A DNA stretch of 64,000 nt, counting the filler, from Asterionella formosa (Eukaryota): NCBI GenBank assembly GCA_002256025.1. It is 14 parts of 14 records of this genome, joined end to end, with 100 filler letters (N's around TTAATTAATTAA, not from the genome) between each part and the next. Parts side by side here need not be neighbours in the genome. Positions count along the whole stretch, not along the records: positions 1 to 17,042 come from NKIB01004600.1; positions 17,143 to 34,168 come from NKIB01004608.1; 12 more parts are not named here. One strand, written 5' to 3'. How positions within the stretch are numbered: the stretch's first letter is position 1; each line of letters starts with the position of its first letter. A program made the translations under genes and the position numbers. This document shows, piece after piece, positions 11,367-23,809 of this stretch. Under the pieces are notes generated by a model that was not told the origin of the DNA, did no database searches, and worked only from the letters and a program-made list of their open reading frames with translations.

Positions 11367-11917
11367 GCTAAGCCGATGGCATCTCGATCATGATTGAACA
11401 CGTCGAATAAGGAGAAAAGCGGAACAACCATTGGTCACACAAAAATGAGGATTTGCGTTCATTTCTTGGTCCCATGCAAACCTACTGCAGACGACTTCGT
11501 ATTGTATTAGGGTACCGGTAGTACCTGGTACTGTACGAAATTTATGTGGAAATGGAATTGTGATGGTGTATGTTATAGAATTGTCAGAGTGTGTCTGTTA
11601 GGCTGTTGATGTCGACAGGTGTCCGGAGACCAGGTAGTCTGAGGAATGTCCAAACGGAAATAGACAGGATTTATAAAGCAGAATGATACGCAAACGAGCG
11701 GCGCGAGAAAGATCTTGACCGATCATTCCAGGGCAGTACTGGAGAGCGCTAGAGTAGGGGCCATATATTTCAACATAGAATATGGTCGACAGTGGTAGGG
11801 TCTACCCGAGTTTTCAAATCGTCCAGTACATAGACACAAATACCGGTATACCTGGTACCCGATCATATCATGTTATAAAAATACCGGTGTCCGGAGTACG
11901 TACTTGGTACCCAGATA

Positions 11918-11997
11918 CCACCAAGTTGCGGTAGTTAAGCAATTTACCTACATTTTCCTTATAGTAAAAACCATCATTTATTACCGCAACTCCTATG
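11918..11997. mobile_element. Degenerate 80-bp TA-flanked mini-element (family C)
   Basis: TA|CCACCAAGTTGCGGTAGTT ... ATTACCGCAACTCCTATG|TA. Same TIR core as 13197-13563 and 14139-14234. Confidence 0.55.
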
Positions 11998-12157
11998 TAA
12001 AGGTAACCATCTGGTAGAGTACCAGGTATCCTTCTTACTCACTTACTATTTCGTATTCTTACCTGTACAAATACGTATGCTAGACAATACATACGCACTT
12101 TCTACATATATACCTGGTACCCCTGCTACCATGTACTAGGTACCAGGGTACCTGGTA

Positions 12158-12962
12158 CCGTAAACCCTGGTGTATGATATCCCCCCACGTACCTGTATCC
12201 CCCTTGGTTCACCTGGCGCAACACTCCCAAATATTTTATGTTTACAGAAAAAATTACAGCATATTATTGTATTCTATTTGTTAATACATTTATAGCATAA
12301 TTGCATTCTTACTGGTCAACATCATGAAACAACAATACAAGTGATGCCAATGACATTTGTGATGGCAATTTCCTTGGCCTGAGATATATTTCAACAGTCA
12401 AAGCTGCAAGTTGCAAGCTTGTTGTGGTGCGATTGACAAGCTGAATGCTACAAGCTCAGGCAGTGGTCATGCTGGCCTAGATATTTTCGGCTTGCCAGAA
12501 GTGTTCAAAGAATCATTTCGTCTGCTACCTCATGATGCAGAAATATTTCGCGCAGGTCATAATTCTGGTCCAATAGCTAATTATAGTATAAGTGATGTGG
12601 TTGCTGGCTTATATTAATATCCATCACAATCCAAGTCGTAGAACCTACACAAATTAATACCGCTGTAGGTTGGGTACAAAAGTGTACACACTCTAGGAAT
12701 TACTATAGATGCTATCACGAAACTTGGGCGCACCAGAGCACCAAAAAAAAAATTCTATTGATCATAGAAACTGTTTGAACCTAAAACAATAAATCTTTTA
12801 AAGTTGCGATTTATGTTTAGGACCATGGAGAAAACAGTGGTGAATTTGGTTTGCTCAGAATATTTGGCGATCAAAAAAGGGCCAATGTCTTGTACTCCCC
12901 TCTGAGTAATTCAATCATGACTGGTGTGAACATTGATGGGTGCAAGACATCATGTTTTACAG
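12158..12962. mobile_element. Possible TA-flanked Tc1/mariner/pogo-type non-autonomous element (family D)
   Basis: TA|CCGTAAACCCTGGTGTAT at left; right end reverse-complements to TA|CTGTAAAACATGATGTCT. Imperfect TIR pair. Confidence 0.45.
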
Positions 12963-13196
12963 TATACTATGCCTGTAATTATGTGTACATTTCATTTACA
13001 TTTGCTTATTCTTTATTATCCCTTTTTGCCTGGCTGTGCATAACATAAATAACTGCATTGTTGTTACCTCCTGTGTTATTTCTTCATAGAAAATATTCTT
13101 TAGAACGTCCAAGAAACCATGCATCCTTTACCAGAGGTTCATGTATACATACCGAGTTCGCAAAAAATTGATGTCACCATCAAGCAAACCAATCTA

Positions 13197-13563
13197 CTGC
13201 AAGTTGCGGTAATTTTTCTGAAATGGACAAAGTGATGCAGGATAGCAGGCGCTCAAAAAAATAGAGAATATCATCAATTTTCTCTTTGAATCGACAGTTT
13301 CATGACTTGTCAGTGAGGCAGGTTTATGATAATTAATTCGTCTAAACGCGGAAACATCAAAATGAGGAGGGCAGATAGCTGAAAAAGAGAAATGACAAAG
13401 TTACCCTGTTTGGAAGAATAAAATTAGCTTAAAAGCTATGTCACCAAGGGGTGATCATAAAAACGATTTTAAAGAATGAATTGATGACGTTTTCATGCTA
13501 ATTAAATGCCTGTCCTACATCATAATATCAATTTCAGCAAAATGCATGACCGCAATTTGCTGG
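13197..13563. mobile_element. TA-targeting MITE (family C), 367 bp
   Basis: TA|CTGCAAGTTGCGGTAATT ... ATGACCGCAATTTGCTGG|TG. The right TA is mutated. Confidence 0.7.
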
Positions 13564-13648
13564 TGAGTGCCTTAGACGGCATAGTACTAGTGACATCATG
13601 TCTATGAATTAATTTATCATCAGAACACTCTGGCGGCCTCAAACCTTA

Positions 13649-14526
13649 GGGCTGTTCTTATCATTTTGTCATTGGTCGTCATTGGTGCATCATTTCCGGG
13701 TTTTGTTTCGAAAATGGTGGTTTGTATCATATTTTTGTATCACCAATGAGTTTTTAGGTCTGATCATTGGTGTATCAGCCACTGATACAGTTTTTGGACC
13801 CCTGACCAATGCTGTATCAGTGATACAGCCATTGATTACTGTGTCATATGATAGTTATTGTTGTAGCAGTAGTTGTAGTTATGGCTCCAGTTGTTGCTGA
13901 AACACAAATCAATAATTCTGTTTGTATTCCTATAAATGACGAATATTTTTTCCATTCTAGATTCATAATTTCTAATGCAATTTAAAAGGCATATCTATTA
14001 TTTTTCTATTGCATTGTCCATGATATTATATTCAAGACCTCAAAGGCACAATGACTCGTTTGCCACTTTGATGGATAAATTTGAGATCAACACCATGGTC
14101 AACACATTGATGACAAGCTGTTTTCAAGTCTACCAGTACCTGCAAGTTGCAGTAATTGTGCTGAAACTAAAAGTTTAGCTCTCTTTATCCGATATTGAAT
14201 TTTTTATTTAAGCTAAATGACCGCAACTTGCTGGTACTAGCATACCGGTACGTGTAGTCTCTGTTAAAGAAATTGGATAATATATACCGGTTTGACTATG
14301 TCTATGTAAAAACTATATATATATATGTACTCTAATATATTGATATGTTCGTCGCTGGCCTGTCTCAGTTGATGGCCCTTGTTCCACCATGATACACTGT
14401 GATACAAATTAGTGATACATTTTTAACTCGAGAATGAGGGGAATTCAGTTCAAATCGATTTTTTTTACCGTTGCTGATACATTTTCATATGATGTGATAC
14501 TCTATCCAAAATGATGAGAACGCCCC
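13649..14526. mobile_element. Complete PIF/Harbinger MITE (family A), 878 bp, with a nested family C element
   Basis: TTA|GGGCTGTTCTTATCATTTT ... AAAATGATGAGAACGCCCC|TAA. 19-bp TIR with 3 mismatches, TWA flanks. Confidence 0.85.
14139..14234. mobile_element. 96-bp TA-flanked mini-element (family C)
   Basis: TA|CCTGCAAGTTGCAGTAATT ... AATGACCGCAACTTGCTGG|TA. 16 of 19 TIR positions match; TA duplication. Confidence 0.8.
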
Positions 14527-14740
14527 TAACGCCACGTTGCAAATTTTCCTCTCAGGATGGGATGACGGAGGTTGACACCAATCAGCTGATCCTAAGTCTT
14601 ATCCAAATATTCTCGTAGCATTCCTATTGGTAGTTCTCATACTCGCTGGACGTCATGACTTCTTCTTGAAACCCGGACTTGAAGGGAAGTGATCGAGATG
14701 GGATCCACTCATTCCTCAACCCCCTTGTCCACTTTTGCGT

Positions 14741-14760
14741 GGTACCAGGTACCTGGTACC
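14741..14760. repeat. Perfect 20-bp palindrome GGTACCAGGTACCTGGTACC upstream of a gene
   Basis: Identical to 2854-2873; about 120 bp upstream of ATG 14879. Confidence 0.9.
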
Positions 14761-14878
14761 CTGGCACAGTATACCGGTAGATAGAAGCACTTTTTCAGCG
14801 GCGTTGTCATCAAGTTCGCTTGAAATCCCTCATATATTTTTCTTCTCTCAATTGCCTCAAACGAACGCAATTTGGAAA

Positions 14879-15465
14879 ATGGATCAAGTTGCTGCCATAC
14901 TGGGAGTCTATCTTCCGAATCTCAAGGCTAGAACTGCAGTAATGCAATTCCCATGCAAGGTTTCTCATCGGAGCTGTAGCCAAATGTGGGGAAATCATCG
15001 AGACTCAATGCAGCTCATCAAACAAGAAAACCACAGCGCCGCCGACGACGACACCGCGTCGACTTTATCTGCCAGCGACAGTGATCTATCTTTTTCTGGA
15101 AGCATTGTCACATTCGCTGACGTAGTGGTGACGGAAGTACACCTCCGTCCCTACACGACAATGGAAGAAAAATACTCTCTCTATTACAACGACTACGACT
15201 ACTCGGAGTTTCGAAGGGAATGTTTTTCCGGAAAGAGGCGCAACCGTCGTGTGCGCTTTGCTGACTCTGTTGTCTCTGATGTTCATATTATTTCTGTAAC
15301 GGAGAATACAGCGCAAATGTTCTACACTGAATCCGAACTACAAAAGTAAGTTTTGATTTTGCCGGAATATTGTATGCTTTGTTTGGCACATTTCTGACAT
15401 TTTTGATTTTCAGTTTCTTGGATGAATTCGTTGCCTCACTTGACAAGGGATTTGGATTTGATTGA
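14879..15465 (+). CDS. Hypothetical protein with two V.F...V..V / (Y/F)Y...e modules and an RVxF motif; exons 14879-15345, 15414-15465
   Basis: GTAAG...TTTCAG intron (68 nt) restores ELQNFLDEFVASLDKGFGFD*. Motifs IVTFADVVV and RRVRFADSVV. Confidence 0.75.
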
Positions 15466-17042
15466 ATCAAACGAAAGAACAGTGATTGAGTCTCACTGCA
15501 GATGCATGCATTGAATGGCTCGTAAAAGTTCAAGAACGCCGTGTCTCGAGGATCGAACTGTCGACCACTTGCGATGACAATCGACCACATAATATTTCTT
15601 CCTGAGAAATTCTAAATGTGTGGTGGATATTTCGACCGACGAAATCTTATTTCGGTTCTAGAGCGGAAGCGTCCCCTCCTTTCAATAGAGAAAGCCTGAG
15701 TGTCGTGTTGCAGCTAAGGCCAAAGGAACCGAACAGGAGCGGAACATTTTGAACCAGATTATTAGCAACTGTGTCAATCTACCGCTTACATGATCTACTG
15801 GAGGGTCAATCAAGAAAAGCTATCCAAATGTAGCCCTAAAATTACATCTATTTACTCCTTTCAGTGAAGAATTTTTTGCGCCCTGAAGTTTTCTAGCTCT
15901 CTCGTACATCGACGATATGAATCAGTATTTTCAGCTATAACTGACATGCTAGCTAAAACATGTGCTACCTGGTCGACAAGTCGCTTGTTTAAAATTATAA
16001 CCAGACTCTACATTACTTACCGGTATCCTGATGGATATGTAGATAGAAACGGGTTGGCATGGAGCAAGAGGAATACAAGAAGCAAGCACCGTTATATTGC
16101 TTGTAATTCTACCTGGTACGCACTCCGAGTACGCACATCATGAAAAGAGAACAAATTCTGCGATGACGTGACAGACTGACGACTGGCCGGCTACGCACCT
16201 GCATTCTACAGATATTATACCTGGTACCTGGTAACAGGAACGTCCGCTGAAGAATGCCTAAGTGAGGATGAGATCAGCTGAAATGCTCATTGCTCCTCGC
16301 TCCTCGCTCCTTGCTTTTGTTTACACCGGAGATTGACTCCGTTCCTCGAGGGGAGGGATACTGCCACATCATACGTTTCTACTAACCATGCAAAAAAGGG
16401 ACATGTTCGATAAGGAAGAAGCCATCTGAAGCTTGCCGGCTCGCTGTCGGTACGCAATTAATTACTCACTTTGTACACATGCGACATTAGGAAGTCTACA
16501 CCGTAGCATATACCAAAAATTTCTGAACGAGAAGAAAGACCCCCAGTCATCCCAGCCAGATCAGAAGTAATTACTGTACCGGTACCTGAATTGGTAAAAT
16601 TAAAGCGAAGTTGTATTTTCCTGTACGCCTCTGGTAAGTGTCTACTTGGTCATTTTAAGGTTCCTGCATTTGAACCCCTAGGCAGAAATTAAAATATTGC
16701 ATAGGGTTGCCGAAATTCCCTGGAACTAAGAACTTTTATGTGCTAATTTGAATATCAATGATTCCGTTTGAAAAATTAAAATGAGTGGAAATTTGCGCGT
16801 ACGTATATAGATTCCATTTCAAATGCATAAAATATGTAAAGATAGATTCTTCATCGATGAATGTTTTACATTGCTACTCTACCGATAGTACACCTACTCG
16901 TATCATAAATATGTTTCACATGCACGACCCGGCGGCTGCAAAATATATTTGAATGTGCAAACTATCGGTACTAAGGTACTGGTTAGCGTGCACTACCATT
17001 TACTATGACGAATGATGATCAGTTACCTGGAACCGGTAGGTC

Positions 17043-17142
17043 NNNNNNNNNNNNNNNNNNNNNNNNNNNNNNNNNNNNNNNNNNNNTTAATTAATTAANN
17101 NNNNNNNNNNNNNNNNNNNNNNNNNNNNNNNNNNNNNNNNNN
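17043..17142. other. Artificial contig linker (one of 13)
   Basis: 100-nt N-TTAATTAATTAA-N spacer with stops in six frames. Also at 34169, 35329, 36489, 37649, 54771, 55931, 57090, 58249, 59408, 60567, 61725 and 62883. Confidence 0.98.
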
Positions 17143-17696
17143 AAACTTCCCCAGGTAAGCACACCATTGTTTCCAGTTTCATATGCCAAAGTGCCCATCA
17201 TTGTAAACTGACTATCATAATGCTCACTCACACCTTCATTGTTGTCATCTTCTTCCTCCTCGACAATTTTATATGAATTATGAATGAGATTACTGGGAAA
17301 TAACAAGGCAAAGCTGCCATCAGCATTCAAGAGTTGGGGTTTAGTAGGGCCACAATGGTCAGGTGTCAATGTAGACACCATGGTTGCAGTTGATGGCTGA
17401 AAGAGGGACGAACCAGAAGTAGTATACATACTAGTAGTACTAGACTTAACTTCTAGTTTAGCACTTTGTTTTAGTTCATTCTTCACTTGGTTAACAGATA
17501 TCCAAGGGAAAATGCATTGCTTAGCTGATACTGTCCTAGAAATAGCACCATAAGGCATTTTTCCACCATTCTTAGCCTTCTTAGCTTATAGCTCCCTAAT
17601 CACATTGTTAAGACAAAACTGAACACTGACCAACTCTTCAGGAGACAATTTCTTTCGAGGCAAGGCATTGCCTTGTCGAGGCGCTTTCGAGGTCAT
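17143..17696 (-). pseudogene. N-terminal part of a probable DNA-transposon ORF with one in-frame stop
   Basis: MTSKAPRQ...VIREL*AKKAKNGGKMPYGAI...FPWISVNQVKNELK in a single frame, cut by the contig end. The transposon assignment is from vague recall only. Confidence 0.35.
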
Positions 17697-18158
17697 GGTG
17701 TTGGTGTTGTGATGGGTGATGGGTGATGGGTGATTGTTGTATGTTTGCATTTAATTTTTGTACTCATAATTCGGGCGCACCAGGAATTCCTATTTGACGT
17801 TTTCCATTAATGAAATTATCTCTTTATTATGGCGCACGAGCGAAAGCACAATGCCGTCGTAGTCATATTAAATAAATTTTAGAGGATACTAAATTAGTTT
17901 TCTAGAGGAGGAATATTCACATACCTGCATACGTATATAAAAGGTGATGCTTGCTCAATCGAGTAAACGTGAAAATATCCAATTTTCGCAATTTCACGTC
18001 GACAGCAACCTTTGGGCGATAATACCTAATTAACAATGTACACAATGCAACAATACAAGTACGGAAGTATTTACTCGCTATATAAATCTGAACAACTCGT
18101 TCGTGACAATAAATAGCGTATCTTGTAAACTAAGTTCAAACCGTGCGTTTACTCCGTT

Positions 18159-18206
18159 TAGCGGTGGCTTACAGTTCAAAAGTCGCCGTAGCGGTGGCTT
18201 ACAGTT
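18159..18206. repeat. Direct repeat TAGCGGTGGCTTACAGTT x2, 30-bp period
   Basis: Exact 18-mers at 18159 and 18189. Confidence 0.85.
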
Positions 18207-18339
18207 TTTAAGTGGTACCGTTGGTACCTGGTACATTCTATGATGAGTTGCATTTCAGTTTTACCGGACACTTCGACATTTACGTGGGTCAGATATGAAC
18301 AGGCTACATACAATAAATTCTACACACGAGTGTACCACA

Positions 18340-19520
18340 GGACGGAATCCAGAATCCATTCGTATGCCATACTTGATGTTGAGATCGGCAGAACAATGTC
18401 ATAAATATTATTTTTTATTTCTATATAAATATAGATGGAACCTGATGAAGGTCCCCTTGGGCAGGAACTATTAGAAGTAGCAGCCCCCTTCCTTTTACTG
18501 TGCATACTGATGTTGTTTGATTCAATACCTTATTCAAATAGCTGTCCTTCCTTGGCTTCTGCTTTAAAATATTTGAAAATCTCTTAAATTGATTGTGACC
18601 AGGGAATAAGCAACTATTTCCTTTACCAACATGATTTAATCTTCCCAAGTATGCACCAAGAGAAAATATAGGGCACACTACCCAGTCAATTGGATTTGCA
18701 CAAATATGTCTGGGATATTTTGATTGGCTGAATCCCTTTCTGATCTGTCTTTGTGTTTGCAAAGTATATACACAGAGCATCGGCAGGCCACTCCATATGG
18801 GACAAGCAGATTTGGCTTGTGTTATTGACCCTTCACATCAAATTCCAATTGAAGAATGGGATTAGGTGACCCCAAATGCCATCATCCTCAGTCAATGAAC
18901 CAAGTACAAAGGAGGTGATATTGTTGATTGTTCATGGGATCCTTACCCTCACAAATCTCTCCAAACCCATCATGATTCTCTAGCTACTCCAATAATCCGA
19001 TAAAAACCATGCAAAAGGTTGCTAAGTTCCTGCTCAAAATCAACTGCAAAGCCTGTGCCAATATGTAGCCTGAATAAGTTGAATAGAGCTGATTGCTTGT
19101 TCCCGTAGCAGCTCTTGGACAGCCTCTTTTGTGTCCAATAATGGTAAGTCTTGGGAGATATACCATATACCCTGCTGGAGTGATCGTAGAGAGCATCATG
19201 ATGGCTTACTCTGCAGCATTCTGAATCAATTCAACAAATCTGTTTCTAGCATTATTTTTTCCTTCCTTTGTACCTAGTCCTAGTATGCCTCCTGCCTCCA
19301 CCTCGAAAAGAAGCACCTTGCTCTGGGCGTATGCTGTAAGCCATCCTGCTTTGTGCTGAACACACCAGAAAAACAAGTCCAAAACCTGTTAGAAATTTAT
19401 ACCCACATTGTCCCCCCCCGAGACTATATTGTCCATCATCATCTGATTTTTGAATTTCTGCATGAGGATGAAGAGGAACATCTGGCATCGTGATGGTGAG
19501 CACAAAGGGAAGAGGATGCA
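18340..19520 (-). mobile_element. Decayed Crypton-like tyrosine-recombinase element
   Basis: Across frameshifts: WNLM*RVNN, DQKG, PRHICANPIDWVVCPIFSLGAYL, LFPGHNQFKRF, HSKRKGAAT, GPS. This is the motif order of stramenopile CryptonS recombinases. Boundaries are approximate. Confidence 0.7.
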
Positions 19521-21333
19521 ACCAAGAATATGCAAATGAGCAATGAATGTGATATGCAAAAATTATAGTGGGCGCACTCTGATATTAAAAAATTATTATT
19601 ATATCATGTGTATTATAACACAAATCGTTGTACCCATAGCCCCAAAATTTGTGTTTTTGTCGACCAAATTTGGTAAACATGGTAGGCACCTCTACTTACT
19701 GATACCCGAAATGGCTTGCTCTTACCAAAAAAGTTGGCAGTATTCCTATACATGATATACACATCAATCATGATCCTAAAGGTATCATCAATCCTCGTAT
19801 GCTTCCAGTTTTGCTTTGATCATGTGTTCTTGCTCACAATCCACCTGCAATACAATCTAATTCATGTGGAATGTCCGCACTGATTGATGACTAGTATAAG
19901 GCAAAATGAAGAAACAGAGCACATTATATCATTCTATACAATTGTTTGTTATCTTTAATGTCACTACATTGTCAACACTGCCATAAACTAAAATACATTT
20001 GCTGTGCTTGTAAATGAAGATATTGACCTTTGTTACTGTAGCATCCTTTGGACAATGGAATCTGCAGCATGGAACTTATTTTCCAGACAAAACACAGTCC
20101 ACTGAATTTCTCCACTGGTACCTGATTGTCTCCATCTACAAGCAGCTGCAATACATTTGGATTTTCTGCCAATTTCTTGCAATTGTTGAAATTGATTTTC
20201 AATGTCATCAAGACTGGATTGATTCCACCTCCATCCCCATGAGAATTGATACAATCTTGTCATTGAAAGTCAGGAATAAGTTGGGCTTCCTGCCAATTGC
20301 TCTTGCCTTCGATGAAATTGATTTTTAATTTCATCAAAAACTTGATTGATTTCACCTCCGTTCCTACTGACAAAAAAGGCAGCCATATGTTCGCTCAATC
20401 AGGATTCCGTTTAAAATATTAGCCCTCAGTAGAGAGCTACTATGAGCTAGTGCAAAATATTTACAGGACAATCGTCCGGTTTAACGCTGTTAAGGTGATC
20501 GTCACAATGACTGAAAACGAAAATAACTAGCTTCACCGTGTTCGTCTTGATGAATGACAGTTTGATCATTTTCTCAAATGCATACTGGACGATTGTCCGG
20601 TGTACACAGAATACTGTTACTTTATCCGGTAGCACTGAACTGATGAGGGAATGGCACCAGGTAACAGATCGTGGTATTATTTACGGCTTTATTTATATGT
20701 ATATGATCCTTCAAAAAAATTCTGGTTATGGTGGAGACAAGCAAACTTCATTTGCCGGAAGATAAATTTAGGAATAAAAAAGATGATCGTTGAGACAAAA
20801 TCGGGGGGTCATCCTCAATATCAAAGGGCGTACAAAGATAAATAATGTACATGTTGGCCAATTTTGGAGTTATTTAGCCGGGCAAGGAAACAAAATGCGA
20901 AGATTCTTTTCCGAACATGTATACCGGTATCCGTTTGCTTCGATCTTCGCATGTTGGGCACCTTATGACACGGTCATCATGATGACGGTAATCTGTCAAA
21001 TATTTTTTATCCATTATTACCGGTATTATGAAAGAGACTTTCAATCGTGTTTCTTGAACGGACATTCCGTTACGCACCGTCCGAATTGTTTTCTTTTTTC
21101 CCTACCGGTACCGTTGCTTCTGTCCTACGAACTGAATGAATACAGAATGCAGGAGGCACTCGAGTACCTGGTACCGGCCTACCGGTACATCGTACTCACC
21201 AGGTACCGGTAATGTTCCGGTGTACTTGTGCTGGTGATATTATACATCATACATAGGAGACACCATTCTATTTGCGAAGGTCGTCAATGGTGCAGAAACG
21301 CCCCCTTCCTTTATTGAAGTCATTAATGAAACC

Positions 21334-22233
21334 ATGTCGATGATACTACCTCTTAACACACTGATCAAAATGAGGAACTGGTCTAGTGCTACCAAAAAGC
21401 TTGCATCAAACCCCAAAAGTGCAGCAAAGGCCAGGCCCGATGGATATCTACCAATCCATTTCGCATGTGAATGTGGCGCTCCACCAGAATTCATTCAAGC
21501 CCTGATTGACGCCTTTCCTCTGTCAATTCATGCAACAACGTGGATCGGTCGTACGCCGTTCGATCTAGCACAAGAATCATACCCCAGGGGGGATCCTCAT
21601 TTTGATTCTGTCATTGATCTGCTCGAGGGGCACACCCCAAAGACAAAAAATACAGAGGCCGGTGCTGCACGTGATAATGACGAGAACGATGATTTGTTCT
21701 GCGGAAGCAAAGTACCTCTCAACATCAGTTCCTCCAAAACATGGGACGACGAAGATACCTTTGAGAGTTCGCTCTACTCAACAAGATGCATAAGGCCGGA
21801 AAGTGATTATAACGATGAAAGGGATGGTGCCATGAGCAAGAAGAATCAACCCATCAACTGTGTGCCCAAAGACACATGGGATGATGCAGACGATGCCCTT
21901 GAAAGCACGTACTACTCTTTCGTGGTGCCAAGTGGTATCGGTCCTGGTGATCGCTTCCCAATCACCATCTACCATCTTGACGATGGGTATGAGACCTTCC
22001 ATGTTGTTTGTCCGACTGACAAGATGGCAGGTGACAGTGTTGAATTTGTATGCGAATCGTTTATTGTGCCGAAGAACGTTGGACCAAACGAATCCTTTAT
22101 CATGGATATTAACAATGATACGTGGATGATGTACTGCCCCTCCAACAAAATGGCTGGCGATGTAGTACGATTCGTACTTTCGTTTCCACCTTCCGGTTTC
22201 CCACCCTCGATAGCAAATCAACCACCACTGTAG
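21334..22233 (+). CDS. Ankyrin-like N-terminus plus two C-terminal F.VP...GP...CP..K.AGD.V.F repeats
   Basis: GYLPIHFACECGAP...GRTPFDLA; acidic linker; duplicated C-terminal module. Confidence 0.8.
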   Translation: MSMILPLNTLIKMRNWSSATKKLASNPKSAAKARPDGYLPIHFACECGAPPEFIQALIDAFPLSIHATTWIGRTPFDLAQESYPRGDPHFDSVIDLLEGHTPKTKNTEAGAARDNDENDDLFCGSKVPLNISSSKTWDDEDTFESSLYSTRCIRPESDYNDERDGAMSKKNQPINCVPKDTWDDADDALESTYYSFVVPSGIGPGDRFPITIYHLDDGYETFHVVCPTDKMAGDSVEFVCESFIVPKNVGPNESFIMDINNDTWMMYCPSNKMAGDVVRFVLSFPPSGFPPSIANQPPL

Positions 22234-23167
22234 CCGGGCTGCTACTGGTGGACTATTTTTGTTCAAAAATATTGATGTAACGGTAGCCACTACTGAAGGA
22301 CTGGCTGGTAGCTAGCTACCTAATTGTCAACTGTAATTTCCAGTGTTTCATTTAGTACAAACCAATATAGCAACTCCTAGTACAATGTGTAATAGCGAGG
22401 GTAAAAAGGTTTGTGGATACACAGAGAAGCATCTGCATGCATTTTATAGTATGTTTCTCTCCTTTTCCTAACAACAGCTACTTGAAAGCGCTAACTATGG
22501 AAAAGTTCTGTATTGTCATTAATCTTTCAGGGAGGCTGGACAATGCATTGCAATCGGTCAACAAAATCAGAGTTATTTCTGAGACTTGAGAGCATGTTTT
22601 GGTCCCCAAGTGCCCCATTCTTCGTGTTTGCTTCTTAGACAATCATCGCTTTTGAAAGAGGTGCTCTTCAAACAGGGTGAGTGGCTTGAGGCTAGTGTAT
22701 GAATGGCACAAGGCTAATGAATGGCCTACAAAGATAATAATTCTACGTTCATATTGATGGAACAAATCAAAGTTATAGCAGGGGAAATGACAAAATCTAC
22801 AATATGTAGTTGATACTTGGCAATTTTATTGAAGCGTTCTACATAATGAGTCAACGCGTTGCTTGTGTGTGGTACTTGGTTCGCCTTGACAATCTAGTTC
22901 CTTTCTTGTGAGCACAACCATACAAGTATGGTTGATAACTGCATGAGAAATAAATTCTTGGAATTAATTCACCTTGTTCAGTGGCAAAGCTGACTTTGAT
23001 CGTCATACTGGTTCATACATTTGTCTCTGCACTTTCGAAATTGGCAAGTCTTGGGGAATCACACATCGTTGTGCCTTGAGACAATGTCACCTCCTCTAGA
23101 ATTTTTAACAACCTATCCACCAAAAGATCCAAACTAATAATAACTCTCTACATACATGGATATATAG

Positions 23168-23595
23168 TTACCACAAAATTTCCAATTTTGGATTCACGTC
23201 AAATTCAATCCCATCCAAGACTTGTCGGTCTACATAATACAATAGCTCCGACTCCTCTCCATGTGGGTTCCCTGGCCCCTTACCTCCTCCTACTTGTCGT
23301 GAACCATATCCAATAACATGTTCCGGCAACACTTGAATGATTTTGATGGTTGAAACAGAAAGACCAGGGAATCGATGTTCTTCATCGACAACAAATTCCA
23401 ATGAATTTCCATACGCCGCCTCCATTGTCCATACCGAGAGGGGTGCAATGGTCCCATCTTCTTGCATGGCACCTATTTTTCGTGCCTTGGTCTTGTCGTC
23501 TTCATAAATAACAACATCCATGTCTAATAAGGAATCAAAGTTACTATGGGAGTAGAGAAGAATATTTGAGAACGATTGTCGATTGTGGTAGTTCG

Positions 23596-23635
<40 letters not shown>

Positions 23636-23809
23636 CAACGGAGGAATGATCCAAGCGTTTGCTTGGGCGAGAAGTACTAGTATAAGGAGCCAACAGATTG
23701 TAGATCGCGATGCGGCGACTCGCTCGCTTCTTGTTGTAGCTGAGTGTTTGAAAAGAAGAGTGTGGAGGAACATCTTCTTGTCTTTCGTTGTCAAAGAAAA
23801 ATCATTCAT
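23168..23809 (-). CDS. Conserved-looking hypothetical protein, probably plastid-targeted
   Basis: Signal LLILVLLAQANA-W, poly-Thr linker, compact domain containing RQVGGGKGPGNPHGEESE. Start codon uncertain (23809 or 23773). Confidence 0.8.
23595..23633. repeat. (GTT)13 coding microsatellite (poly-Thr)
   Basis: Read directly from the sequence. Confidence 0.95.

Noticed and set aside
17087..17098. Recurrent TTAATTAATTAA palindrome
   Set aside because: Synthetic six-frame-stop linker inside N runs.
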